Source: an uncultured Sulfolobales archaeon
GTDB taxonomy: Archaea; Thermoproteota; Thermoprotei_A; Sulfolobales; NBVN01
Reading direction: 5' to 3'
DNA length: 64,000 nt
Assembly (NCBI GenBank): GCA_938017505.1
Contig: CALIKV010000027.1
Location: forward strand, 4,521 to 68,520
The notes beneath the pieces are model-generated. The model saw only the letters and a program-made list of their open reading frames with translations, was not told the origin of the DNA and did no database searches. Every line of letters begins with the position of its first letter. Position 1 is the first letter of the stretch. Below, in pieces: positions 56,569-64,000 of this stretch. The translations under genes and the position numbers were made by a program.

Positions 56569-56708
56569 CCAGGGACTCCCACCCGCCCGCAGGAATAACG
56601 AAACCTCCGCGGGTTCATGGGTGGCCGTAGAGCCCAACGGAACGGGGTCCCCCATCTAGAGTAGAGGGGTCGTTCTCCGAGCGGCTCGGGGTGTTGCCCC
56701 CACCACCC
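56569..56708. ncRNA. GC-rich structured element, candidate non-coding RNA of unknown class
   Basis: About 140 nt at roughly two-thirds G+C by my count, between flanks of about 30 percent G+C. Several strong stems. The only ORF here (56523-56726, minus) is Trp/Arg/Pro-rich nonsense. Strand unresolved. Confidence 0.45.
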
Positions 56709-56824
56709 AAAACCAAAACAAATCAAAACCTATCTTCCTAGAAAACGTCAAAAAGAAAACAGCCCTACTACAGGCACGTTCCCCCTGTATTAGAATAATA
56801 GCCTTCTGAAATCAATAAATCTAG

Positions 56825-58327
56825 GTGGGTGATACGTTCAAATACCTGATAACCGTGTCGAGCGAGATGCCTATTAAGTCTTGGCGTAGTAGACCTAGGT
56901 TCTACAGGACTCTGATAAGCAACTTGAGTAAAGCTCTTGAGAGGGGGGGTCTTTCCAAACCTAAGCACTCCATTAGGATTATAGGTGCTAAGATAGTTTT
57001 AGAATCCGAAGTAGATGCCTTAGAGGATCTGAGCAGGGTATTTGGTGTGGCTAGGGTTGCTGAGGTCGAGGTAATAGATTTTAGCGATTTAAAGGAGTTG
57101 ATAGGTAAGGTGGGTGAACTCACTGCCAAGCTTGTAACGAATAAGAAGTTTGCCGTGAGAGTTAAACGTAGCGGCGTTCACAACTTCACATCCATTGACG
57201 TTGCAAAGGAATTAGGTGCCTATCTAAAGCCGTATTCAGTCGGAGTTGATCTAGAGAACCCTGACGTTGAGGTCGTTCTTGAGGTGAGGGGTTCTAGGGC
57301 TTACCTACACAGAAGGAGTGTTAAAGGTTTTGGCGGGCTTCCGATAGGTACGGAGGGTTGTGCACTGTCTTTGTTCTCTGGCGGCATAGATTCACCTGTG
57401 GCTGCTTGGCTTACTGCCAAGAGAGGGGTTAAAGTCGACTACCTACATTTCTTCATGGGCTCGCCTAAATCAACTAGGCTGGCTTACACAGCAGCTAGGA
57501 CCCTTACCTCAATGTGGTTCTACGGACATAGGCCTAAGCTATATGTTGTAGACTTAACAGGGATTCTCAATCAGGTCAGGGAGAAGGTTGTGTGGGAGTT
57601 CAGGCAGATAGTTCTGAGGACCCTCATGTACTTGATAGGCGCGGAAGTGGCTTCAAGGAACTCGTACAACGCATTAATAACCGGGGAGTCCATCGGTCAG
57701 ACATCAAGCCAGACTCTAGCTAACTTAAGCACCGCACAAGCCGTTGCGAACGTGCAAATACCGATTCTGAGACCTCTGATCGGGTTCGATAAAGAAGAGG
57801 TAGTTAACCTCGCTAGGACTATAGGTACTTACGAGGTCTCGTGTAGAGTTGGCGAGCCGTGTGCCATAGCTCCTTCACGTGTCAGGACTAAAGCATCTAG
57901 GGAGGAATTACGCATGGAGGTCGATAAGATCCCCAGAGAGATAATGGTCAGGACCATCGACTCCCTTAAGATCTTAGACGTCCTCGCATCAAGCCCCAAT
58001 GAAGTACTACCAGATAATCTAGTAATCATAGATTTCATGCCCGAGGACGCTGTGGTAATTGACCTGCGTGATAAGGAGGAATACCTTGAGTGGCACTATC
58101 CAGGGGCTCTACATTACGAGGACGTGGATGTAGAATCAATGAAGGGCAGGACGATAGTTCTCTATTGTTGGAGAGGCAGTAAAAGCTACGTAGAGGCGAG
58201 CAAGCTACGTGCCAGAGGGTTCAAGGCGTATTCATTCGCTGAGGGCGTGGACGCCCTTAAGAACTATCTTGAGGTAGGTGCGAGAACTTCATGCGGATAT
58301 CCAGCAAACCAACGATCCTTACCTTAG
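56825..58327 (+). CDS. thiI: tRNA 4-thiouridine/thiamine sulfurtransferase ThiI with C-terminal rhodanese domain
   Basis: THUMP-type N-terminus, PP-loop SGGIDSPVAAW, rhodanese end VIDLRDKEEYLEWHYPGA...IVLYCWRGSKS. GTG start with a TATA-like AATAATA about 27 nt upstream. Confidence 0.85.
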   Translation: MGDTFKYLITVSSEMPIKSWRSRPRFYRTLISNLSKALERGGLSKPKHSIRIIGAKIVLESEVDALEDLSRVFGVARVAEVEVIDFSDLKELIGKVGELTAKLVTNKKFAVRVKRSGVHNFTSIDVAKELGAYLKPYSVGVDLENPDVEVVLEVRGSRAYLHRRSVKGFGGLPIGTEGCALSLFSGGIDSPVAAWLTAKRGVKVDYLHFFMGSPKSTRLAYTAARTLTSMWFYGHRPKLYVVDLTGILNQVREKVVWEFRQIVLRTLMYLIGAEVASRNSYNALITGESIGQTSSQTLANLSTAQAVANVQIPILRPLIGFDKEEVVNLARTIGTYEVSCRVGEPCAIAPSRVRTKASREELRMEVDKIPREIMVRTIDSLKILDVLASSPNEVLPDNLVIIDFMPEDAVVIDLRDKEEYLEWHYPGALHYEDVDVESMKGRTIVLYCWRGSKSYVEASKLRARGFKAYSFAEGVDALKNYLEVGARTSCGYPANQRSLP

Positions 58328-59231
58328 GGTTGTGTGATATCAACTTACACAACTTAACTATAAGATCCTCCACATAATTCTTCACAGTTACACAGGAATT
58401 CCAGTACCCCATACCACAGTACAGAGTGACTTCTAAAGCGTCTCCTTTAATCTTCATTTCTAGATCCTCAATACATTGATTCATTAGTATGTCTGAGGCG
58501 ATGGACAAGTCGCTGAACAGCTTGAGCATCTCTGACTTGTCACCGCTGACGTTAACCAAGCGTCTTGACTTTTCAGATACTGATAGCTCGTCTCTTAACG
58601 TACACTTCACGGTTGGTTTTGCCGATACGTAGGTTGACAACCTGCTTAACAGCTCATCAATTAATATCTCCTGCTGTATATTTGTTGCTAATGAGAACTC
58701 CTCAGACGCCTTCATACCTATCTGAAGGATCTTGGAGACGTGGTTTCTCGACTGCGTATCGAAGCATTTAAGCGTCCTAGTTAAGTCGCTTGGATTCACG
58801 TATCTCAGTAGAGCCTCGTACGCCTTTAGAACTGAAAGCTGTTCAACAGACTCTAAGGAGCCTTCTCTAATATTCCTGACATGGCTAACGGCGTCAAACC
58901 AGCTTTTCCCATACCTCCTCATGAGGTAGGCAACCGCAACGACAGCGGATCTCCCGAAACCCTTAGCACAGTGAATGAATACCCTCCCTCCCTCGCTTAT
59001 CTTGCTTAAAACCCACTCGACGATGTCGACTAAGTCGAGGAGTTGCGGGGACCTGAAGTCGGTAACTGGCACGTGGAGAAACTCAACCCCAAGTGCGCTC
59101 CATGCACTCACGTCATACTTCATTTCGTGAGGATATGTTAAAACCACTACGTGAGAGTACTCCCTGCTCAGGCTCTCTAAGTCTCCCTCCATGGGGGCTG
59201 GCCCGAATGAAACGCTTTTGTCCAAATTCAC
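58257..59231 (-). CDS. dual-specificity (Cys-based) protein phosphatase with an unassigned C-terminal domain of about 170 aa
   Basis: HCAKGFGRS equals the HCx5R(S/T) P-loop in the first 120 aa. The remainder has no recognisable motif. Confidence 0.7.
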   Translation of the reverse strand: MNLDKSVSFGPAPMEGDLESLSREYSHVVVLTYPHEMKYDVSAWSALGVEFLHVPVTDFRSPQLLDLVDIVEWVLSKISEGGRVFIHCAKGFGRSAVVAVAYLMRRYGKSWFDAVSHVRNIREGSLESVEQLSVLKAYEALLRYVNPSDLTRTLKCFDTQSRNHVSKILQIGMKASEEFSLATNIQQEILIDELLSRLSTYVSAKPTVKCTLRDELSVSEKSRRLVNVSGDKSEMLKLFSDLSIASDILMNQCIEDLEMKIKGDALEVTLYCGMGYWNSCVTVKNYVEDLIVKLCKLISHNPKVRIVGLLDIRMKFSHLPQDSS

Positions 59232-59673
59232 TAGCTTGATTGTCCATCACCACTCCTCTGTTTAAAGATCTATTAAAGAAATAAAATCATAAAGCCGACG
59301 TAACTGCCTATAGGCTCGTTGCCAGGGGGACTCCTAAGAATCCACATTATTTCCCATCCAAGCTCTTACGTATCCTCCACAGCTAGCAGAGGGCCCAGAA
59401 TGCCGAATTCGGGTTTGGGCTGCTTAGTCATTGATAATCCTACGTAGCTCTTGGGATTCATCAACCCTTCGAAGAACCTAGGGCATGAAGGAAGTCCTCC
59501 ACCTGAAGGCCCGTGAAGGCATCTTTCAGTGCATCTTCATTATCCCGCATCCGGAGCACCGGGTCTTTCCACCCTGAAACTGCTAACGTAGGCAAGTTTA
59601 GACTAGCTGTGGTCTTATAATAATAAAAATGACGTGAAGAGGATCCCTAAGGCGTCTTTCGACCTAGTTTCGA

Positions 59674-60183
59674 TCACTTCGGCGGAGGCCACCTCCTATC
59701 GAAGTAGATGTTCTTCGGGGTTGCTGAGAGAGGTATGCCGAATACGTAGTCTGCATCGATGAGGCCTAGCTCCTGAGCAGCTACACCTATTGTAAACATC
59801 ACACGATTGTCCACGTTGTGTAGTGAGGCCGTCTTGACCGCGGAACCTATCGCGATTCCTAGGTTGATTAAAGAGCAGACAGCGCTTGCGTCCAATCCCC
59901 ACTTCCTCGGATTCTTAAGACCTAGGTCAATCATTCTACCACCGACCAAGATCACCGCACTACTACTCCTCACGTTCTGAGCGTCCCTAGTAAAGAACTC
60001 TCCAAGATCCTTTGATAACTCCTCCATTTTAGCGGCCAGAGCCTCAAGCTCTCTCTCCTCGTTAAGGATCTTGACCTCCACGTTGTTAATGCCTCTAGCC
60101 TTAGGCGCCGTCGCGGCGGAGAGCGCCATCAACTTAGCTACTTCGATAACCCCCTCCTTTACAATCATTTCCAACTCAATCAA
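59674..60183 (-). CDS. DUF2148-like protein (assigned from memory)
   Basis: 169 aa. AATAPKARG ... AVILVG ... DLGIAIGSAVKTASLHNVDNRVMFTIG pattern. Confidence 0.45.
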   Translation of the reverse strand: MIELEMIVKEGVIEVAKLMALSAATAPKARGINNVEVKILNEERELEALAAKMEELSKDLGEFFTRDAQNVRSSSAVILVGGRMIDLGLKNPRKWGLDASAVCSLINLGIAIGSAVKTASLHNVDNRVMFTIGVAAQELGLIDADYVFGIPLSATPKNIYFDRRWPPPK

Positions 60184-60285
60184 GAGTGGTTCACCTTAAA
60201 TATTTCTAGGTTATGTTTTAAAGCTGACTGTGTAAACATGAATAACTAATAAGTCGTTCTCTGCCCTAGTTTCGTTATTCAGGGA

Positions 60286-62007
60286 TCATGTGCTGAGAAT
60301 GATGTATAGTAGCGGTAACAGCATATTGGTGATGAGGAAAAGAATCATTAACCCTTTCTCAGTAGTTTTAGCGAGTGAACTTAGGCTCTCGATGATCACG
60401 AACACTCTATCCCCCACGATCTTGACCCCCTCGAACTTGGAGGTGAGTACCTCGAGTGTTGCAGGAGCCTCGTTATTCATTGCCGACTTGACTGAACTCA
60501 CTATAGTCTCGACGAGACCGTAACACTCCTTAACTACTTCATAGGGTGATTCACTTAAGGAGGCGGCGCATGAGTGATCGTCTGGAGTTACTATCTCAAA
60601 GTCCTTTAAGTCGGTCCTACTTCTCAAGACCCTATCTAGTTTCGCCCTGAAATCTGCGTCAACGTTATTGCCGTATAGGTAGATTATGCCGTACCTTTCC
60701 CCCTCCACATTAATGGTAAGGGCCTTAACTCTAGTGTCGCATAGTTCCACGCACATGCTTGACACTCTACTCTCCCCGTAACCTACAAGAAACGCGCTAC
60801 CCTCAACGCACTTATAGGACTCAAGCACTCTATTTACCAGAGGCCTTAATAAACTGGGGTCAGTTACTTTATCACCCTTGCATGAGTGAGCGTCTACAAC
60901 TATGGTGTTAGGAGGCGATCTATTGTCGACGCTTAGGATATCCCACACATTGTAGTGTATATCGTCGTTACCATAAACCCTGTTAGATATGAAGGCTGCT
61001 AGGAAATCCTTGCCGTTGAGGACGAAGGCTTCCCACCCATCATCCGACCTCACCCTGTAAGGCTTGCATAAAGTTCCTCCACGCCTTAAGCTAGTTAAGT
61101 TCCTCACAGCTTCAGCGGTCCTACTAGCAACGCTTACGGCATCCCTGTTGCTGGCTAGATTATGTTCATGGGAGCCTGTCGTGTGGAATGTGAACGCCTT
61201 AAACCCCGGCTCGAGCTCCCTGTCCACATAGTGTATGAAGCTGGAGGATCCTATATCGTCGAAAGGCCCGAAATGAATCCTTGGGAAGAGCAAAGCTATA
61301 TTGGGTTCCTTATCCCTCACGAAAACAACGCTTTTAACTTCCACAACCTCTGAAGTACCTATGTTATTGAAGAGAGACTCAAGACTTCCTGATTCCCCAG
61401 TAAACCACGTGTTGAGAAACGCCCTTAAGGCCCTGAGAGGTGAGACGCCGCTTAACCTTCTACCCCTACTCTCCACGTATGCTATGAAGATGGATCCAAG
61501 GGACACGGATACGAGTTCTATTAATATCGCGTTAACGACGCCGACGTAGTTAATCTGCTGTCTAAGCACTAAAGCATTGACGGAAACGAAAGTAAAGGCA
61601 GGTATTATCGTTGATAATGTTAGCGCTCGAGGTATAGTCATGAATGCCGATAGGATGATCAAAATAAACCCGGACGTAACCACGAGGCCTAAACCCCTTA
61701 ACCCGGTGAACCTGAAGAAAAGTAACTCGGCTACGAGGGACACAGCGAAAGTAACGAGAGATAATCCTAGGACCCTCTTTATGTTGAATAGCCTGCCCAG
61801 AGCTAGTGGCAAGTAAACGATAGTTAGCACCGAGCCCAATACGAAATAGGCGGCTACCGAGCTGAGAACCTCACTCCATGAGAGATTAACTGAGTTGATG
61901 ACACCAATCAAGACTATCAGACTCACGTATATTATCAACAGGAATCTCCTTCTAGGCAGTATATTGAGACGCCTATAGTACTTCCTGGCTATCCACTCTA
62001 CACTCAT
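60286..62007 (-). CDS. large archaeal membrane protein, DUF2070-like (assigned from memory)
   Basis: 573 aa. About 190 aa of N-terminal TM segments, a soluble core of about 350 aa and one C-terminal TM. Confidence 0.4.
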   Translation of the reverse strand: MSVEWIARKYYRRLNILPRRRFLLIIYVSLIVLIGVINSVNLSWSEVLSSVAAYFVLGSVLTIVYLPLALGRLFNIKRVLGLSLVTFAVSLVAELLFFRFTGLRGLGLVVTSGFILIILSAFMTIPRALTLSTIIPAFTFVSVNALVLRQQINYVGVVNAILIELVSVSLGSIFIAYVESRGRRLSGVSPLRALRAFLNTWFTGESGSLESLFNNIGTSEVVEVKSVVFVRDKEPNIALLFPRIHFGPFDDIGSSSFIHYVDRELEPGFKAFTFHTTGSHEHNLASNRDAVSVASRTAEAVRNLTSLRRGGTLCKPYRVRSDDGWEAFVLNGKDFLAAFISNRVYGNDDIHYNVWDILSVDNRSPPNTIVVDAHSCKGDKVTDPSLLRPLVNRVLESYKCVEGSAFLVGYGESRVSSMCVELCDTRVKALTINVEGERYGIIYLYGNNVDADFRAKLDRVLRSRTDLKDFEIVTPDDHSCAASLSESPYEVVKECYGLVETIVSSVKSAMNNEAPATLEVLTSKFEGVKIVGDRVFVIIESLSSLAKTTEKGLMILFLITNMLLPLLYIILST

Positions 62008-62222
62008 ACTTTGCTATCCTAAACATAGCTTAAGACAGGTTTTTAATTCTTTAGTCAAACACTTACTTAAGCTTTGCGAAGGACCTTTAACTTGTTTCAA
62101 GATACTTCAGGCTTAGGTTCCTCACGTTTTTACATAGCCTATATTAAAAATGTCTCAATTTCATATCCTACATATAGAGCACATATTTATTTTATTTAGT
62201 ACAAGTTAGTTTAGGGAACAGC

Positions 62223-63239
62223 TTGTTAAGCGTGGTTGTTGGAGGTCTCTTCGGCGATGAGGGTAAGGGTAAGGTAGTGGCTTACCTAGCTATTAACGAT
62301 AGTATCGACGCCGCTGTGCGTGTGGGCTCCGTTAACGCCGGGCACACAGTACTCTGGGGTGGCAAGGAATTCAAGCTGAGAATAATTCCCTCCGCCTTCG
62401 TTAACGGGGGTTCCAAGTTATTCATAGCGACTGGTTCCCTACTAAGGCTTGACGTGTTCTATAGGGAGGTCAACACCCTAGGTGTTGCTGGTAGGGTTTT
62501 TGTTGATAGAAATGCAGGGGTCATTGAGGAGAGACACGTTGAGACGGAGTTAAGAGATGAGTATCTGAGGAATTCCATAGGGTCGACGCTTCAGGGGGTG
62601 GGAGCGGCCATGGTTGACAGGGTTATGCGGAGATTGAGACTTGCACGTGATTTCCCAGAGTTGAGTAGTTACTTAGCAGACGTGGTTGACGAGGTTCACA
62701 AGGTACTTGATGCAGGGGGTAACGTCCTTCTCGAAGGCACTCAAGGAACGTATCTGTCTCTGTACCACGGCACGTACCCTTACGTAACCAGCAGAGACAC
62801 CACGGCGGCAGGGGTTTTGTCAGAGGCCGGTCTAGGACCTAAGCTCGTGGACGAGGTTCTCGTAGTGTTTAAGTCTTACGTAACTCGGGTCGGTGGCGGG
62901 CCTCTGCCTAACGAACTACCTGCGGATGAGATAGTTAGGTTAGGCTGGGTTGAAAGGGCTTCCGTGACAGGCAGACTTAGGAGGGTCGCGCCTTTCAACT
63001 ACGACTTAGCTAGGAGGGCGGTGATGATTAACTCAGCAACTCAGGTCGCTGTCACTTGCTTAGATAGGCTCTTCCCAGCAGCCGCCGGGGTCAAAGAGTG
63101 GGGTAAGTTGCCGTTGGAGGCTAGAAGGTGGGTGGAGAGACTGGAGGATGAGGTCAAGGTTCCAGTCACCATCATAGGGACTGGGGATGAGACCCATCAT
63201 GTAGTTGACAGAAGGAAAGATGTGGGGGTTGGTAGATGA
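62223..63239 (+). CDS. purA: adenylosuccinate synthetase (short archaeal form)
   Basis: P-loop GGLFGDEGKGK, NAGHT, EGTQG. TTG start. Confidence 0.85.
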   Translation: MLSVVVGGLFGDEGKGKVVAYLAINDSIDAAVRVGSVNAGHTVLWGGKEFKLRIIPSAFVNGGSKLFIATGSLLRLDVFYREVNTLGVAGRVFVDRNAGVIEERHVETELRDEYLRNSIGSTLQGVGAAMVDRVMRRLRLARDFPELSSYLADVVDEVHKVLDAGGNVLLEGTQGTYLSLYHGTYPYVTSRDTTAAGVLSEAGLGPKLVDEVLVVFKSYVTRVGGGPLPNELPADEIVRLGWVERASVTGRLRRVAPFNYDLARRAVMINSATQVAVTCLDRLFPAAAGVKEWGKLPLEARRWVERLEDEVKVPVTIIGTGDETHHVVDRRKDVGVGR

Positions 63240-64000
63240 GGGAATTTGACGTGGTAATCGTCGGCGGCGGGCCTGCAGGTCTCATGGCCTCCTTTGAGAT
63301 CGCAAGCCTCTCGAAGAGCAATATTAAGGTAGCTCTCTTCGATAAGGGGAGGCGAGCCGATAAGAGGGTTTGTCCACTAGCAATTAAAACAAACTTCAAC
63401 GAGGACTCGTACTTTTCAAACAACGCTGAGTGCCTAGGGTGTGCTGTATGTAACGTCATCCACGGTTTAGGAGGTGCGGGAGCTTTGAGTAGCGGGACGA
63501 TTAACCTGAGGCCAGACATCGGGGGTGATCTAGATAAGCTGCTGGGCGATTGGGACGCCGCTGACAAGATCATAAGACACGTCGATGAGGTCTTCACGTC
63601 GTTTGGAGTTCCTCAAGACACTCTACATGTACCGAGTAGGGAGAAGATAGCGATGCTTGAGAGACTGGCGGCTAAGGCTGGTGCTAAGTACGTCCCGACT
63701 CCCCAGAGAATTATAGGGACTGACATCATGATTAAGGTGGTCAGCAATATAACCGCGTACTTGGAAAGGAATGGCGTCAAGATATTCTCCGAGACCTCAG
63801 TCCACGATATACGTAGGGATGGAAATCTCTTTAAGCTGGTGACAGATAAGGGCGAGTTCACTGTTCACAGGGTTCTGTTGGCGCCGGGGAGGAGCGGTGT
63901 TACGTGGTTCCAGAAGGTAATTAACAGCTTGGGTATCGAGCACGAGCCAGGGCCTTTAGACGTCGGTGTCAGGGTTGAGGTCCCCTCATACATCACCGAA
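63236..64000 (+). CDS. FAD-dependent oxidoreductase (5' part; runs off the window)
   Basis: ATG 63236 overlaps the purA stop (ATGA). MREFDVVIVGGGPAGLMAS dinucleotide-binding motif. The frame is open to base 64000 and the ORF is not in the supplied track. Confidence 0.7.
   Translation, partial: MREFDVVIVGGGPAGLMASFEIASLSKSNIKVALFDKGRRADKRVCPLAIKTNFNEDSYFSNNAECLGCAVCNVIHGLGGAGALSSGTINLRPDIGGDLDKLLGDWDAADKIIRHVDEVFTSFGVPQDTLHVPSREKIAMLERLAAKAGAKYVPTPQRIIGTDIMIKVVSNITAYLERNGVKIFSETSVHDIRRDGNLFKLVTDKGEFTVHRVLLAPGRSGVTWFQKVINSLGIEHEPGPLDVGVRVEVPSYITE

Noticed and set aside
56569-56708. The GC-rich element interpreted as a tRNA, a 5S rRNA or a TPP riboswitch for thiI
   Set aside because: tRNA: an acceptor-like 7-bp stem exists, but there is no T-loop (TTCRAAT), D-loop or anticodon arm. 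5S: only the first 45 nt or so resemble it, and no helix I closes the molecule. TPP: the weak resemblance (ACCCAUGAACCCG..., GGAGAACGACCCC) is on the minus strand, which has no downstream gene, and the invariant CUGAGA is absent.
63172-63861. Minus-strand ORFs of 141 and 82 aa
   Set aside because: They are antisense to the plus-strand FAD oxidoreductase, whose GxGxxG N-terminus and ATGA coupling to purA are convincing.
1-64000. Search for CRISPR arrays, IS elements or transposases, integrases, rRNA and intact tRNA genes
   Set aside because: I saw no regularly spaced direct repeats, no transposase- or integrase-like translation, no rRNA-like stretch, and no sequence with a complete tRNA cloverleaf.

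Overview
This window reads as a densely packed, mostly housekeeping chromosomal segment of a (hyper)thermophilic crenarchaeote or TACK archaeon. Supporting signs are frequent GTG/TTG starts, 4-nt ATGA/GTGA gene overlaps, TATA-like boxes about 26 nt from predicted 5' ends, GGTGAT Shine-Dalgarno motifs, and structural RNA that is much more G+C-rich than its flanks. All product calls come from motifs I recognise in the translations; no database search was possible.

Content, in order:
- ZIP metal transporter.
- Ferredoxin plus aldehyde:ferredoxin oxidoreductase (AOR) module 1.
- A complete aspartate-to-threonine cluster (thrB-hom-aspartate kinase-asd-thrC).
- A class-III aminotransferase.
- Two paralogous LivKHMGF-type ABC transporter operons.
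- A sodium:solute symporter with a small partner, and BirA.
- A rhomboid protease, an EamA transporter and a secreted caspase-like peptidase.
- An aldo/keto reductase and a HAD hydrolase.
- A cluster of a NikR-like regulator, type III RuBisCO, an ASKHA-fold protein and a divergent BtpA-like gene.
- A PAP2 phosphatase, a GT2 glycosyltransferase and an MscS channel.
- AOR module 2 with a MoaD/ThiS-like GG protein.
- Cysteine synthase plus gamma-glutamyltranspeptidase.
- A full-length RNase P RNA.
- Deoxyhypusine synthase plus AdoMet decarboxylase.
- A GltP-type symporter.
- A gene-decay tract of about 2.7 kb.
- pyrB, an unassigned GC-rich structured element, thiI, a dual-specificity phosphatase, purA and a partial FAD oxidoreductase.

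I saw no CRISPR array, transposase, integrase, rRNA or intact tRNA, and I cannot point to a clear-cut novel system.

The items most worth a second look are:
- the unassigned GC-rich RNA-like island (56569-56708);
- the RuBisCO neighbourhood, which lacks the canonical pentose-bisphosphate partners;
- the decay tract, with a diverged paralogous EamA N-terminal fragment and a tRNA-like hairpin;
- a 26-bp perfect palindrome upstream of the second liv operon;
- thrB, whose conserved N-terminus has no in-frame start codon.
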